From contig OZ024740.1 of assembly GCA_964016885.1 (NCBI GenBank), forward strand, positions 250,790,001-250,854,000: a stretch of DNA of 64,000 bases, read 5' to 3'. Position numbers and translations under genes: made by a program. The notes below the pieces were generated by a model. The model did no database searches, was not told the origin of the DNA, and saw nothing but the letters and a program-made list of their open reading frames with translations. The stretch is from Eledone cirrhosa. Lineage: Eukaryota. Positions 54,013 through 64,000 of the stretch are shown here, one piece after another (within the stretch, counting starts at the first letter, position 1; each line of letters begins with the position of its first letter).

Positions 54013-57000
54013 TAGTTGCATTTATCTTGCTTTATGTTCATACGAGTTATCACCAAGTCACAACCAGTGACCTCAAGAGACAACAAGGTCCGCCATGTTC
54101 AAGAAAGAACATACATACACACACATGCATCTTTAGGTGTTTAGACTTGTGATGTACTTATATTGACAGAATCTTCCTTAGTATATGGGCAGTTCCCATT
54201 AGTACTATCTTTTGTATTTCTCCTAAACTCGGGTTTCCTGGGATTTGCGATAAGTAATCATTAGACCCCTTAGGTATCATTCCTAGAGCGCCTACAACCA
54301 TTGGTATTGTTTTACTTCTCAATTTCCACATTTTTCCAATTTCTATCTCCAGGTCCTTATACTTGCTCAATTTTTCAAATGTTTTACAGATACATTCTTG
54401 TCTATTGGAACAGACATATCAATTAGCAGGCATACCCTCATTTTAAAGTCCTTCAGTATTATATCACGTCTATTTGCATCTATTTTTCGGTCTGTTTGGA
54501 TGCTAAAGTTCCCCAAGATTGAGATGTGATCTTTTTCAAGTATGTGAGGTGGTTAATGCTCCCACCAATTCTTTTGATGGGCAGGTCAAAATGCTTACAC
54601 ATTGTCCAATGTATGTATTGTGCAGCTCTGCCATGCCTGTTTAGGTATTCGGTTGGAGCTATAGGACTGCACATTGAAATTATATGATCAATGGTCTCTG
54701 GTTATTTTTTACATACACGGCATAATGGGCTGCATCTATTTTTTATTATGTTGGCTTGGTAATTTTTTGTTGGCAGACACTGATCTTGTGCTGATACAAT
54801 CAGTCCTTCAGTCTCCGATTTCAGTCCAGAGGATGCCAGCCACTGATGGGTTAAAGTTTTGTCAACATCAGGATTGTTAGCTCTTTCTGGGTATTTTCCA
54901 TACAGAGGCTTTTCTTGCCATTTCTTAGCCAGTTTCTGTAGCAGTTCTTTCTTTGCAGTTACTTTTACCTGCTTTGCTTTTTCTGTGTTTTTCATTTCAG
55001 CAGTAAATGGAACTTCTGAAATGTGTAGTCCATTACTGTATCTTTGTGCATCTTTTGTAATGGAATATGATCTTTTGATGCTTTCGTGTTTCAAAACGAG
55101 TTTGATCATCCAATCATGTGATTCTCTTAGATATGTAGATAATCCAATTGTTGCAGTTTTCAACGCAATGTCTAACTGGATTAACCCACGTCCTTCTTCT
55201 TTCCTAGGGAGATATATTCTATCTGTATCTGCCTTAGGGTGATGCATTCTGTGCATGGTTAAGCATTTTCTAATTTTTGTATCGAGCCTATGGATCTTTG
55301 TGCTTGACCAGTTGATGACATTGTAACTGTAGGTTACTACTGGTATGGCAAGCATGTTTATGGCATCGCTCCTATTCCTTGCATTCAATTCCGTTCTTAA
55401 GATTGCTCTTATTCTGCGGTAACATTCCTTCCTTATCCTTTCCCTCATTGTCGAGTGCTTGATTCCGTCTCCTTCACAAACACCTGGATATTTGTAAGTC
55501 CTCTTGATCAAGTTCTCTTATCACGTTCCCCCGATCAAGATTAACGTCTGAACTTTTCAGCAGCTTTCCTTTGGTAAACGTTGCTTTGGCGCATTTATCT
55601 AGTTCAAACTCCATTTTAATGTCATCACTGAACTGCTTCACAGTGGATAATAGCCCTTGCAATTGTTCATCATTTTTTGCAAATAGTTTCAGGTCATCCA
55701 TGTAGAACAAGTGATTAATGGTTTTGTCATAGACTTTATATCCATGTTTTGTTTCATTGAGCATTTTACTTAATGGTATAACTGCGATGCAGAATAAAAG
55801 CGGTGATAAAGAGTCACCCTGAAAAATTCCACAATTAATATTAACTTCTTCAGCTTCCAGTGATTTTGTTTCACTATTCAAAAGGAGTGTCGTTTTCCAT
55901 GTCTTCATACTGAATGACAAGAACCTCCTGACAACGGGAGATATTTTGAAAATCTCTAAACATTTTTCAATCCAACTGTGTGGCAAACTATCGAATGCTT
56001 TTTTATAATCTATCCAAGCAATTGATAGATTTTTGTGTCTATTATGACAATCTTTCAGTATCATTTTGTTAACCAAAAGCTGATCCTTGCAGCCATATGA
56101 GCCTCGTTTACACCCTTTCTGCTCATTGGGAAATAGGTCATTTGTTATCAGGTGGTCATATGTATATTCAGTTAGGACTGATGTTCTACATTGTGGTCAA
56201 GCAAGTTATCGGTCTGTAATTTTTGGGATTGTTTGTCTCATCATTCTTCGGAAGCAGGAATGTAATGCCGCTAACTAGCCATGATTGCCTCTTTTCTGGC
56301 TCCTTAACTATTTCATTGTAAAGTTGGGCTAGCAGCTCATGAGACTCTGTGGAGGCATTTATACAATAATTTGGTATTTTGTCTTTTTCTGGGGATTTCC
56401 ATTTGCTGGTTTTTCTAAGAGCCAAACGCAACTGTTCAACTGTTATATTTTCCCATATTTGTTCCTCAAGGTGAGCTGTATCTTTCATTTGTCTGTCTAT
56501 CCATGGGGCATGTATATTATGAACTTTTTCTTCGGCCCAGATCTTTTCCCAGAATTCTTGCACTTCCTCCTTGGGTGGTATTGATTTAGCAGTTATTGTT
56601 GACTTGCCAATTTTTCTGTAGAAGTTTCTTTGGTTGTTTTTGAACATATTATTGTGCTTATAGAATCTAGATAGTTTTTCAAAGCGCCTTATACGAGCAG
56701 CTTTGGCCGACACTTTTTTGCTTGATTATTTCTATCAGCATGTCTATGTCACTTGTTGATTTTATACTGTATTTTTTTTTCAATTTTCTAAGTTTAGTTT
56801 GTTTAACATGTTCACCTACGTTGTAGTTTGTTAAAATTTCTATGTCAGATCGGAGAAGGTTTATTTGGCGATTGATGTTCTCTTGCCAAGTAGATTTCTT
56901 GTGGGAATTCCTTTGTTTTTTCATTTTCACTCCACATAAGTGTGTGGTGACTTTAGCCGATGCATAATAGAGATGATTTAAATCAATAATGTTTAGTTTG

Positions 57001-57415
57001 TTTGTGATGATAAATTTTTTGAGAATTATGTTAGTCTTGTGTATTATCTTTTGGTTCTGTTTGGAGTTCTGGATCTTTGGGAGGGTGTCTCGTTCCCCCA
57101 TGTCAGATTCTTTCATTTTCATCCATTCGATCATAATTTCATCCTTCAAGTTGGCTAGTCCATTCTCATTCATTTCTTTATCATTTACGATCTCATTATT
57201 TTCATTTGGAGTTTCATCTTGAGCATGCACTCCCTCCACTTTATCGATCCTTTCTTTAGTTTGTTGTCAGTGATTCCGCTCGAGCCGTGGGATTCGAAGT
57301 GTGACAATTTACCTCATTTTCCCTTCGCTGACTTTGTGCTAATAGCTTGATCTGATCAATTTCTATATCACTTAGTAACTTTTTTATAACAATATTTCTT
57401 TTTAACAATATTTCT
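54013..57415 (-). mobile_element. R4/Dong-like RLE non-LTR retrotransposon, degenerate
   Basis: NYRPITCL, WIDYKKAFDS, GIFQGDSLSPL, FYMDD, CRVC knuckle, RLE end (KYKDL..VVGALG); flanked by (TAA)n. Confidence 0.9.
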
Positions 57416-57417
57416 TC

Positions 57418-57420
<3 letters not shown>

Positions 57421-57448
<28 letters not shown>

Positions 57449-57480
57449 CTTCTTCTTCTTATTATTATTATTGTTGTTAT
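57421..57480. repeat. (TTA)n/(TTC)n microsatellite
   Basis: Visible; Dong-type target or tail. Confidence 0.95.
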
Positions 57481-60193
57481 TCCTTGAATCTCAGTCATTG
57501 ATGTTGGTTAACTGGAAAGTCCGTTGGATTGAATATCAAGCCACTACCTGCAGCCTCAGATATTCAGGACGTATCGGAGGGTTCTTGCTGTTCCAAGCAA
57601 GCATGCCTTTTGAAGCGTTCCAAAAAGCGTGAAGGGGCCGATTTTCTTTAACCATCCCTGGAAACTTTTGGAGATAGTCCCCAGTGCGCCTATGACAATC
57701 GGGATCACTTTGACTTCATGGCAGTTCCAAATCCTTTTCACCTCCCACTTTAGGTCCTGGTATCGGTTAATTTTCTCCCTCTCCTTCTCTTGCACTCTCG
57801 TGTCGAACGGGCAGGCCACATCCACAATCAGACACGATCTTTTTTCTTTGTCCACAACCACCAGGTCAGGTCTATTGTGTTCCAGTTTTTTGTCCGTCTG
57901 TATCCTAAAATCCCACAGCACCTTCACCTGATTGTTCTCCATCACCGCCTCTGGCCTATGCTCATACCATTTCTCAGAATGTGGTAAATTGTTTACTTTG
58001 CACAGGTGCCAGTGGATCACCCTGCCCATCACATCGTGTCTCCAGCCCTTATAGTGGGTCTGGGCTAGGTGTTTACACTCGGACACAATGTGAGCCACAG
58101 TCTCCTCTCTCTCTCCACAGATCCTGCACAGTGGGCTAGCCTCCTCCTTGTAAATATGGTGCTTCAACCACTTCGTTTTGAGGGCCTGCTCCTGCGCAGC
58201 CATTAGCATTCCTTCTGTAGCCTTTTTGAGGTCTCCTCTTCTCAACCAGTTCCATGTCTGTGGATCTCTAAATTCAGTTTTCTCAAAGAAGGTACTATGA
58301 AGGGATTTTCCCTTAAGGCTGCTCTTCCTCCTTGATGTTATTTCCTCCTTGGACATCCCCTGGCCTACTGTCCCCTCCTTCACTACAGCTCTGAGCATTG
58401 GCTCCTTACTATAGGTCACGTATTTGTATAGGTTGTTTTTCTCCATCTGAACACAGTCCTCTATGCTGATAAGACCTCTTCCACCCTCAGATCTCCTTAG
58501 GTAGAGTCTATCGACATCACTCCTCTTGTGGAACATGTTGTAGATAGTCAATAGCTTCCTAGTCTTCCTATCCATTTCTTTTTGTTCAGCAACATTCCAT
58601 CTCAGAATTCCCGCACTGTACCTAATAATAGACACAGCTCGGGAATTTACTGCGCTTATGGCATTTCTGCTGTTCAGATGTGACTTCAATACGCTCCTTA
58701 CTCTCCGAATGTATTCAGTTCTTAACAATTCCTTCATTTTTTTGTTCTTTATGCCATCAGCCTCCAGAACGCCCAAATACTTGTATCCTTCCTCAGAGTC
58801 AATTTCCTTTATCATCTCACCTGTTGGTATCTGGATCCCGTTACTTCTGCTCAACCTACCCCTCCTCATCACAATGACTCCACATTTACCAATACCAAAC
58901 TGCATACATATATCACTGCTGAAAATACGGACAGTGTCAACAAGCACATCCAACTCCTTCTCGCTTTTCCCGAAGAGCTTAAGATCGTCCATGAAGAGGA
59001 GGTGATTGATGGTAAGCTCTCCCCTTCCCAACTTGTATCCTGCTCTCACTTTTCGCAGCATGATGGTCAAGGGCATCAGGGCAAGGACAAACAACAGAGG
59101 GGACAGGCTATCTCCCTGGAAGATACCTCTCTTGATCTTCACGCTTCCCAAGGATACTCCAGTTGATGTCAACTCTGTCTCCCAGGACCCCATACTCCTG
59201 CCCAACAACTGTCTGATGTTATCTGCCACCCTGAAGATCTCCAGGCTTTTGGTGATCCAAGAATGAGGCACCATGTCAAATGCCTTTCTGTAGTCTATCC
59301 ATCCCATGGCAAGATCAGTGTGTCTCCTCCTGCAATTCCCCATTACCATCTTATCAATAAGTAACTGGTCCTTTGTACCACGTGACTTCTTTCGGCATCC
59401 TTTCTGTTCGTCCGGTAACAAGTTGTTTGTGTGGAGGTGATGGTAGATTTCCTCAGACACAATGCTCGTCAACAGTTTCCACATTACGGACAGACATGTG
59501 ATAGGTCTATAGTTGGTAACATCATTACCCTTGATTCGGTCTTTCATTATCAGAACTGTGGTACCTTTTGTCAACCACTCTGGCACCTCACCCGACACCA
59601 AGCAGTCATTGAACATGGTTGTCAGTTTCGGGTGGAGGGATGTTAAATGTTTAATCCAATACCCCTGCACACCATCTGGGCCTGGTGATTTCCATTTGGT
59701 TATTTTTTTGGCCTGCCCCTTAAGAGTTTCAACTGTGATACTCAAATCAGTCTGTTGTTGTGCCTGCTCACCGATCTCCCTCTGTACTGTCTCAATCCAC
59801 CCTGCCTGGACATTATGTCTAACATCCTGCTCCCATATTCCTCTCCAGAATGTTTTAGTTTGCTCCGTCCCAGGGATCAAGTCGTTGCCTCTTTCTTTCC
59901 CCTCAAGCTGTCCAAACAGCATCTTCTGGTTGTTGTCGAACATGCGGTTCTATTTATACTGACTGACTCTGTTCTCATATCGCCTGATTTTTGCACTCTT
60001 TGCTACAATGCGTTGCTTCAGTTCCTCTATGATAATATTTAGCTTTTTCCTCCTAGTTTTGTATTTTATTTCCAGTCTATTTTTAGTGCCTATGTTTTTT
60101 AGTGTCCCATTCAGTAGTGACTCAAGCTTTCCTATGTCATTTCTCATTTCCCCGATTTGACCACTCAGTCGCTTCTTCCACCATGGCTCTGCT
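57481..60193 (-). mobile_element. R4/Dong-like RLE non-LTR retrotransposon, 5'-truncated, relatively young
   Basis: Long open frame with RT, CCHC and PD..D RLE; 3' end abuts (TAA)n. Confidence 0.93.
57556..59943 (-). CDS. RT + zinc knuckle + restriction-like endonuclease (795 aa open; N-terminus truncated or frameshifted)
   Basis: FMDD, CRICGEREETVAHIVSEC, RHD, RPDLVV..IVDVACP..KINRYQDL. Confidence 0.85.
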   Translation of the reverse strand: MFDNNQKMLFGQLEGKERGNDLIPGTEQTKTFWRGIWEQDVRHNVQAGWIETVQREIGEQAQQQTDLSITVETLKGQAKKITKWKSPGPDGVQGYWIKHLTSLHPKLTTMFNDCLVSGEVPEWLTKGTTVLIMKDRIKGNDVTNYRPITCLSVMWKLLTSIVSEEIYHHLHTNNLLPDEQKGCRKKSRGTKDQLLIDKMVMGNCRRRHTDLAMGWIDYRKAFDMVPHSWITKSLEIFRVADNIRQLLGRSMGSWETELTSTGVSLGSVKIKRGIFQGDSLSPLLFVLALMPLTIMLRKVRAGYKLGRGELTINHLLFMDDLKLFGKSEKELDVLVDTVRIFSSDICMQFGIGKCGVIVMRRGRLSRSNGIQIPTGEMIKEIDSEEGYKYLGVLEADGIKNKKMKELLRTEYIRRVRSVLKSHLNSRNAISAVNSRAVSIIRYSAGILRWNVAEQKEMDRKTRKLLTIYNMFHKRSDVDRLYLRRSEGGRGLISIEDCVQMEKNNLYKYVTYSKEPMLRAVVKEGTVGQGMSKEEITSRRKSSLKGKSLHSTFFEKTEFRDPQTWNWLRRGDLKKATEGMLMAAQEQALKTKWLKHHIYKEEASPLCRICGEREETVAHIVSECKHLAQTHYKGWRHDVMGRVIHWHLCKVNNLPHSEKWYEHRPEAVMENNQVKVLWDFRIQTDKKLEHNRPDLVVVDKEKRSCLIVDVACPFDTRVQEKEREKINRYQDLKWEVKRIWNCHEVKVIPIVIGALGTISKSFQGWLKKIGPFTLFGTLQKACLLGTARTLRYVLNI

Positions 60194-60369
60194 CTTTATC
60201 GATCCTTTCTTTAGCTTGTTGTCAGTGATTCCGCTCGAGCCGTGGGATTCGAAGTGTGACAATTTACCTCATTTTCCCTTCGCTGACTTTGTGCTAATAG
60301 CTTGATCTGATCAATTTCTATATCAGTTAGTAACTTTTTTATAACAATATTTCTTTTTAACAATATTTC

Positions 60370-60409
<40 letters not shown>

Positions 60410-60419
60410 CTTCTTCTTC

Positions 60420-60450
<31 letters not shown>

Positions 60451-60454
60451 CTTC

Positions 60455-60510
<56 letters not shown>
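60370..60510. repeat. (TTA)n microsatellite
   Basis: Visible run. Confidence 0.97.
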
Positions 60511-63500
60511 GGCGACCTACGTAGTAAATCGTATCATCGTGAGCTCCGCAAAGGTTTGTTATTTCCGTTTGTTAAAAATTGCCATTTATGGAAAATTTTA
60601 TTGTTAACTGTTTATAAGCACACATACATTGTTTTCCGAAAAGGATACCCAAAAAGATTGGGGCCTTGTGCCCAAAATTTTAACTTTTATTATTATCCAA
60701 AAATTTCTTTGAAAAAAAATGGCTAATTCCCCTCTGCACGAAGCAGCTGAAAGCCTTCCTCACAAAATAACACCTCACACCGACACCACCATTGTAAATG
60801 TTACTACGTTTGCCAACATAAAAAAAAATATAAGCAGTAGCAATATTTTAAATTTGTCTCAGGCAGACATTCATTTCCCGCCATTACCAATGACTGCAGG
60901 TGTTAAAGCCTCCACCACCACCACCACCGCGACAACCACCACCCCCACCACCACCGCGACAACAGAAACAAAAGAAGAAAAAAATAAATTAACTCGTGAT
61001 GTCGAAATGAAATCAAGCAAAATGGACTCTTCCGCACCAAAGACGAATGACGTCACCACCACAACTGAAACAAAAATTAAGATTAACACAAATAACGATA
61101 GCAACAACAACAACAATGACATTATAAAACCGACCCTCAGTTTCGCCATCGTAGCAAAACAATTCGAAGCGTTCACGGTAACTCAAGAAGATTTAGAAAA
61201 TGCCAAACAAATGGTAAAGAAAGATGGGTACAGGGTCAGCCTCACCCCCCCCCCCCCCACCCCACCCCCACCTAATAAAATGGAGCATCGGCGCCTGTGC
61301 ACCGTGTCGTATAGAACAATAAATGTAAAATCGCGCCGAGTGGAACGGGCATCCGAGTCCCAAATCCAAAAAGCTTTGGGACATGTGTGGGCAAGAAAAA
61401 CCCACATCAGACGTGGGCAAAAGTATGGAACCGTGGACGTGTTCTTTGAAACACCAGAGGAGGCTAGAGAACACTCCATGGCCCCATTAAAAAGTGACGA
61501 CCTCACACTCGTCCCAAGCCAGAGAGACTCGTAAAGATCAGGGTGACCCACGTTCCACCGGCCATCGAAATTCCCTGGCTAATAGCGGCTGTCCTCGCCG
61601 GCATCGAAGCCAACACGAAAATAATAGCAGTAGCAAAAGAAAAGCAGGAAAACTGGTCCGGATCTGGGATGGAGCTCCTGATCCAAGCGGACCAAAAAAG
61701 CATTGAGGAGATCCCAGAGGTGATAGACCTCACTGACGGCAGCCACCTCACGGTAATTGTCGAGGGCAGAAGACCTAGGTGTGTCGTTTGTGGTGAAGGA
61801 ACCCACCTAAGGGCTTTCTGCCCTCAGGCTAAAAGGTTGAGGCCACCTCTCCTACCCACCCCAGTGACACAACCATCAACACCACCAGTAGCAGAGATGG
61901 CAGCAACAAGTGTAGCAGCAACAACAGAAGCAACTATAACAGCAACAACCCCAGCAACAGTAGCAAAACCAACACCACTACCACCACCAGCAAAACCAAC
62001 ACCACCACCACCCAACGCTTCAGAACTAGCACCAGCGCCTACACCATCCACCACACCACAACCAAAGCTAACGGCTGTGGAGGATTTTCCACTCCCCGGC
62101 CTATCACAACTGGAGACAGATTGTGACGACGAGGAGTGGGAAACGATATCCGGAAAAAAAAAAGAAACCAAAAAAGAAAAAATTCTCTTCCTTCCCCCTC
62201 CAAAAACAAAATACAGAGGGAAACAAATAAACTAAGAAACAAAAAAGTTAGGACAGATATGCCACCATCCACACCAGCATCACCAACCCCATCAACCCAA
62301 ACACCAACACCATCACCATCATTATCCCCAGCACCACCATCACCTACACCACAAAAGTCACCAAAATGCGAAACAGAAACAAACCCACAACAAACGCAAA
62401 CAAAACAAAACAACCAAAACGATACACACTACACAGCATTAAATTTGAACAACAAGCAATTATTACACTACATCCAACACAACACCAGCATCACAGAAAA
62501 AGACTACACAACAACCCCCAAATTCACACCACCTCCACACATACAAATCACTCGCATCACACAGAAAACGTACATGACACTAAAACAAAAATTCCCCAAA
62601 GACATCGGAGACTTCCGACAAGCACTCTCCAGGAGGATTTATAAGGACATCCTTCCTGAGGAGGCCACAAGCAGTGAAAAGGATGGAAAAGCCGTCCTTC
62701 CCCTACGAGAAGTAAGGTAAGTGGTCTTTCCCATCTTTTCCACTCCTTTTCAACATGACCTCACTCAGAATAGGCAGCATAAATGCGCGTGGGGTCGTCA
62801 TGGAAGCAGGGCCACCTCAGGTCACTAAACATAGATGTAGTGGCCATCAGCGAGACCAGAATCTCCGAAGCACAGGCTTTCGCACCGATCTTCGGCGGCT
62901 ACGATGTGTACGCATCTCCCAGCCATCCGGGATCGGGGGGAAGAGTTGCTGTGCTTTTTCGGAGAGGTTTGGATCTTGCCATACGGGCCATCTTCCTGGA
63001 CCCAGAAGGTAAGTTGGTGGTGCTGGACGTGACCAGCGGAGACGGGCAAGCTTTCAGGTTAGTGGCCGTCTATACCCCGACAGGAGCAGGGCGGCCTGAT
63101 TTCTTCCGGCGTCTGGAGACCTTTCTTGGAACGTCCCGCTCTTTAGTGTTAGTGGGCGACTGGAACGGGATCTTAGATGCACGCTGGGATTGTGTGGGAT
63201 TAGTGGATAGGGAAGGAGGGTGCAAGAGTCTCACCAACCTGCTCAGACGTTTTGAACTGTCTGACAGGTACCGAATGGATTTCCCGAATGTACCAATGTG
63301 GACTTGGACAAATCGCATAGGGTCATCCAGATCATATCTAGATAGAGTATTTTGTAGGGAAATAGATAGGTCTAGCATAGGCTGTCCACAATTCAAGATA
63401 GTCAGCTACACGGACCACAAATTCGTGATCTGTGTGCTTGACTTAGATAGGCTTCATAGACGAGGACCCGGCTACTGGAAGTTAAACGCGTCCTTAGCAG

Positions 63501-64000
63501 CGCGCAAGGCCTACAGAGACCGGATTAGCGAACTAGTTAAGCGGGCGTTGACGGGGGCCATCGTCAACAACAAGTGGTGGTTTGCTCTGAAAAGAGCAAT
63601 TAGAATAGAGTCCATTAGGTTTAGTAAGACTTTAGCAATAGAGAAAAATAGAGCAGAGGGAGAATTAGTTAGAAAATTAGATGAGGCGCTTAGCAAAGGC
63701 ATCGCGACCGACGTACTTGCGGCGAAATTGGCCCTTGACCAATTCTTCAATGCAAAGCACGAAGGCTGCGTTGTCAGAGCTAGGGTGCGTGCTCTCAGAC
63801 ACGAGGGGACGAAAGCCGTTCAATGGGCCCGAGTGGCGGAGGCGCGTCGTGGCAACAAAGCCACGATCCGGTCTTTGGTGGACCACGACGGGCGCATGCT
63901 ACTCGATCCCGGGCAAATGTGTGAAGCTTTTCAGCGACACTTCGCTCAACTGTTCGGGGGCAGTGGCGGGCCGGATCGAGGGATGGACTTTAGTGTCTAC
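60511..64000 (+). mobile_element. Tx1/L1-clade LINE, 5' part (runs off the window)
   Basis: 5' UTR, ORF1 60719-62720 (frameshifted; CCHC RPRCVVCGEGTHLRAFC; Pro/Thr-rich), ORF2 from 62755 (SLRIGSINARG, VGDWNGIL, YLDRV, TDHK, GYWKLN). Confidence 0.92.

Noticed and set aside
60645-60695. gggccttgtgcccaaaa in the Tx1 5' UTR resembling the SINE tail
   Set aside because: Only about 15 bp; a tiny SINE relic or chance match, not evidence of a SINE-LINE partnership

Overview
AT-rich eukaryotic DNA with no recognisable host gene. The abundant tRNA-derived SINE resembles an octopod (cephalopod) SINE, but that taxon call is an inference. The window is nearly wall-to-wall nested transposable elements separated by (TA)n, (CA)n and (TTA)n microsatellites. 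It holds about ten Penelope-like element (PLE) copies or remnants from several families, two RTE LINEs, four Tx1/L1-clade LINE pieces, two tandem R4/Dong-like RLE LINEs, one CsRn1-like Gypsy LTR element, a non-autonomous Helitron, Helentron/HINE-like pieces and about 12 SINE copies. The most striking signal not shown by the ORF track is a set of type I hammerhead ribozyme (HHR) motifs, found by eye at the 3' ends of most PLE families. Some have canonical cores (770-879, 6410-6452, 18626-18687, 23047-23113/24303-24367, 27360-27425). Others have non-canonical cores (CAGAAGA in three copies, CUGAGAA in two, UUGAGAA in one). They mostly sit in a recurring head-to-head inverted architecture whose two 3' ends point outward into (TA)n. 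Other oddities are a ~235-bp target-site-like duplication around a Dong LINE, SINEs stacked at one ATT target, and a full tRNA cloverleaf with an atypical GGA anticodon inside a chain of overlapping inverted repeats. All coordinates and folds were read manually and may be off by a few bases.
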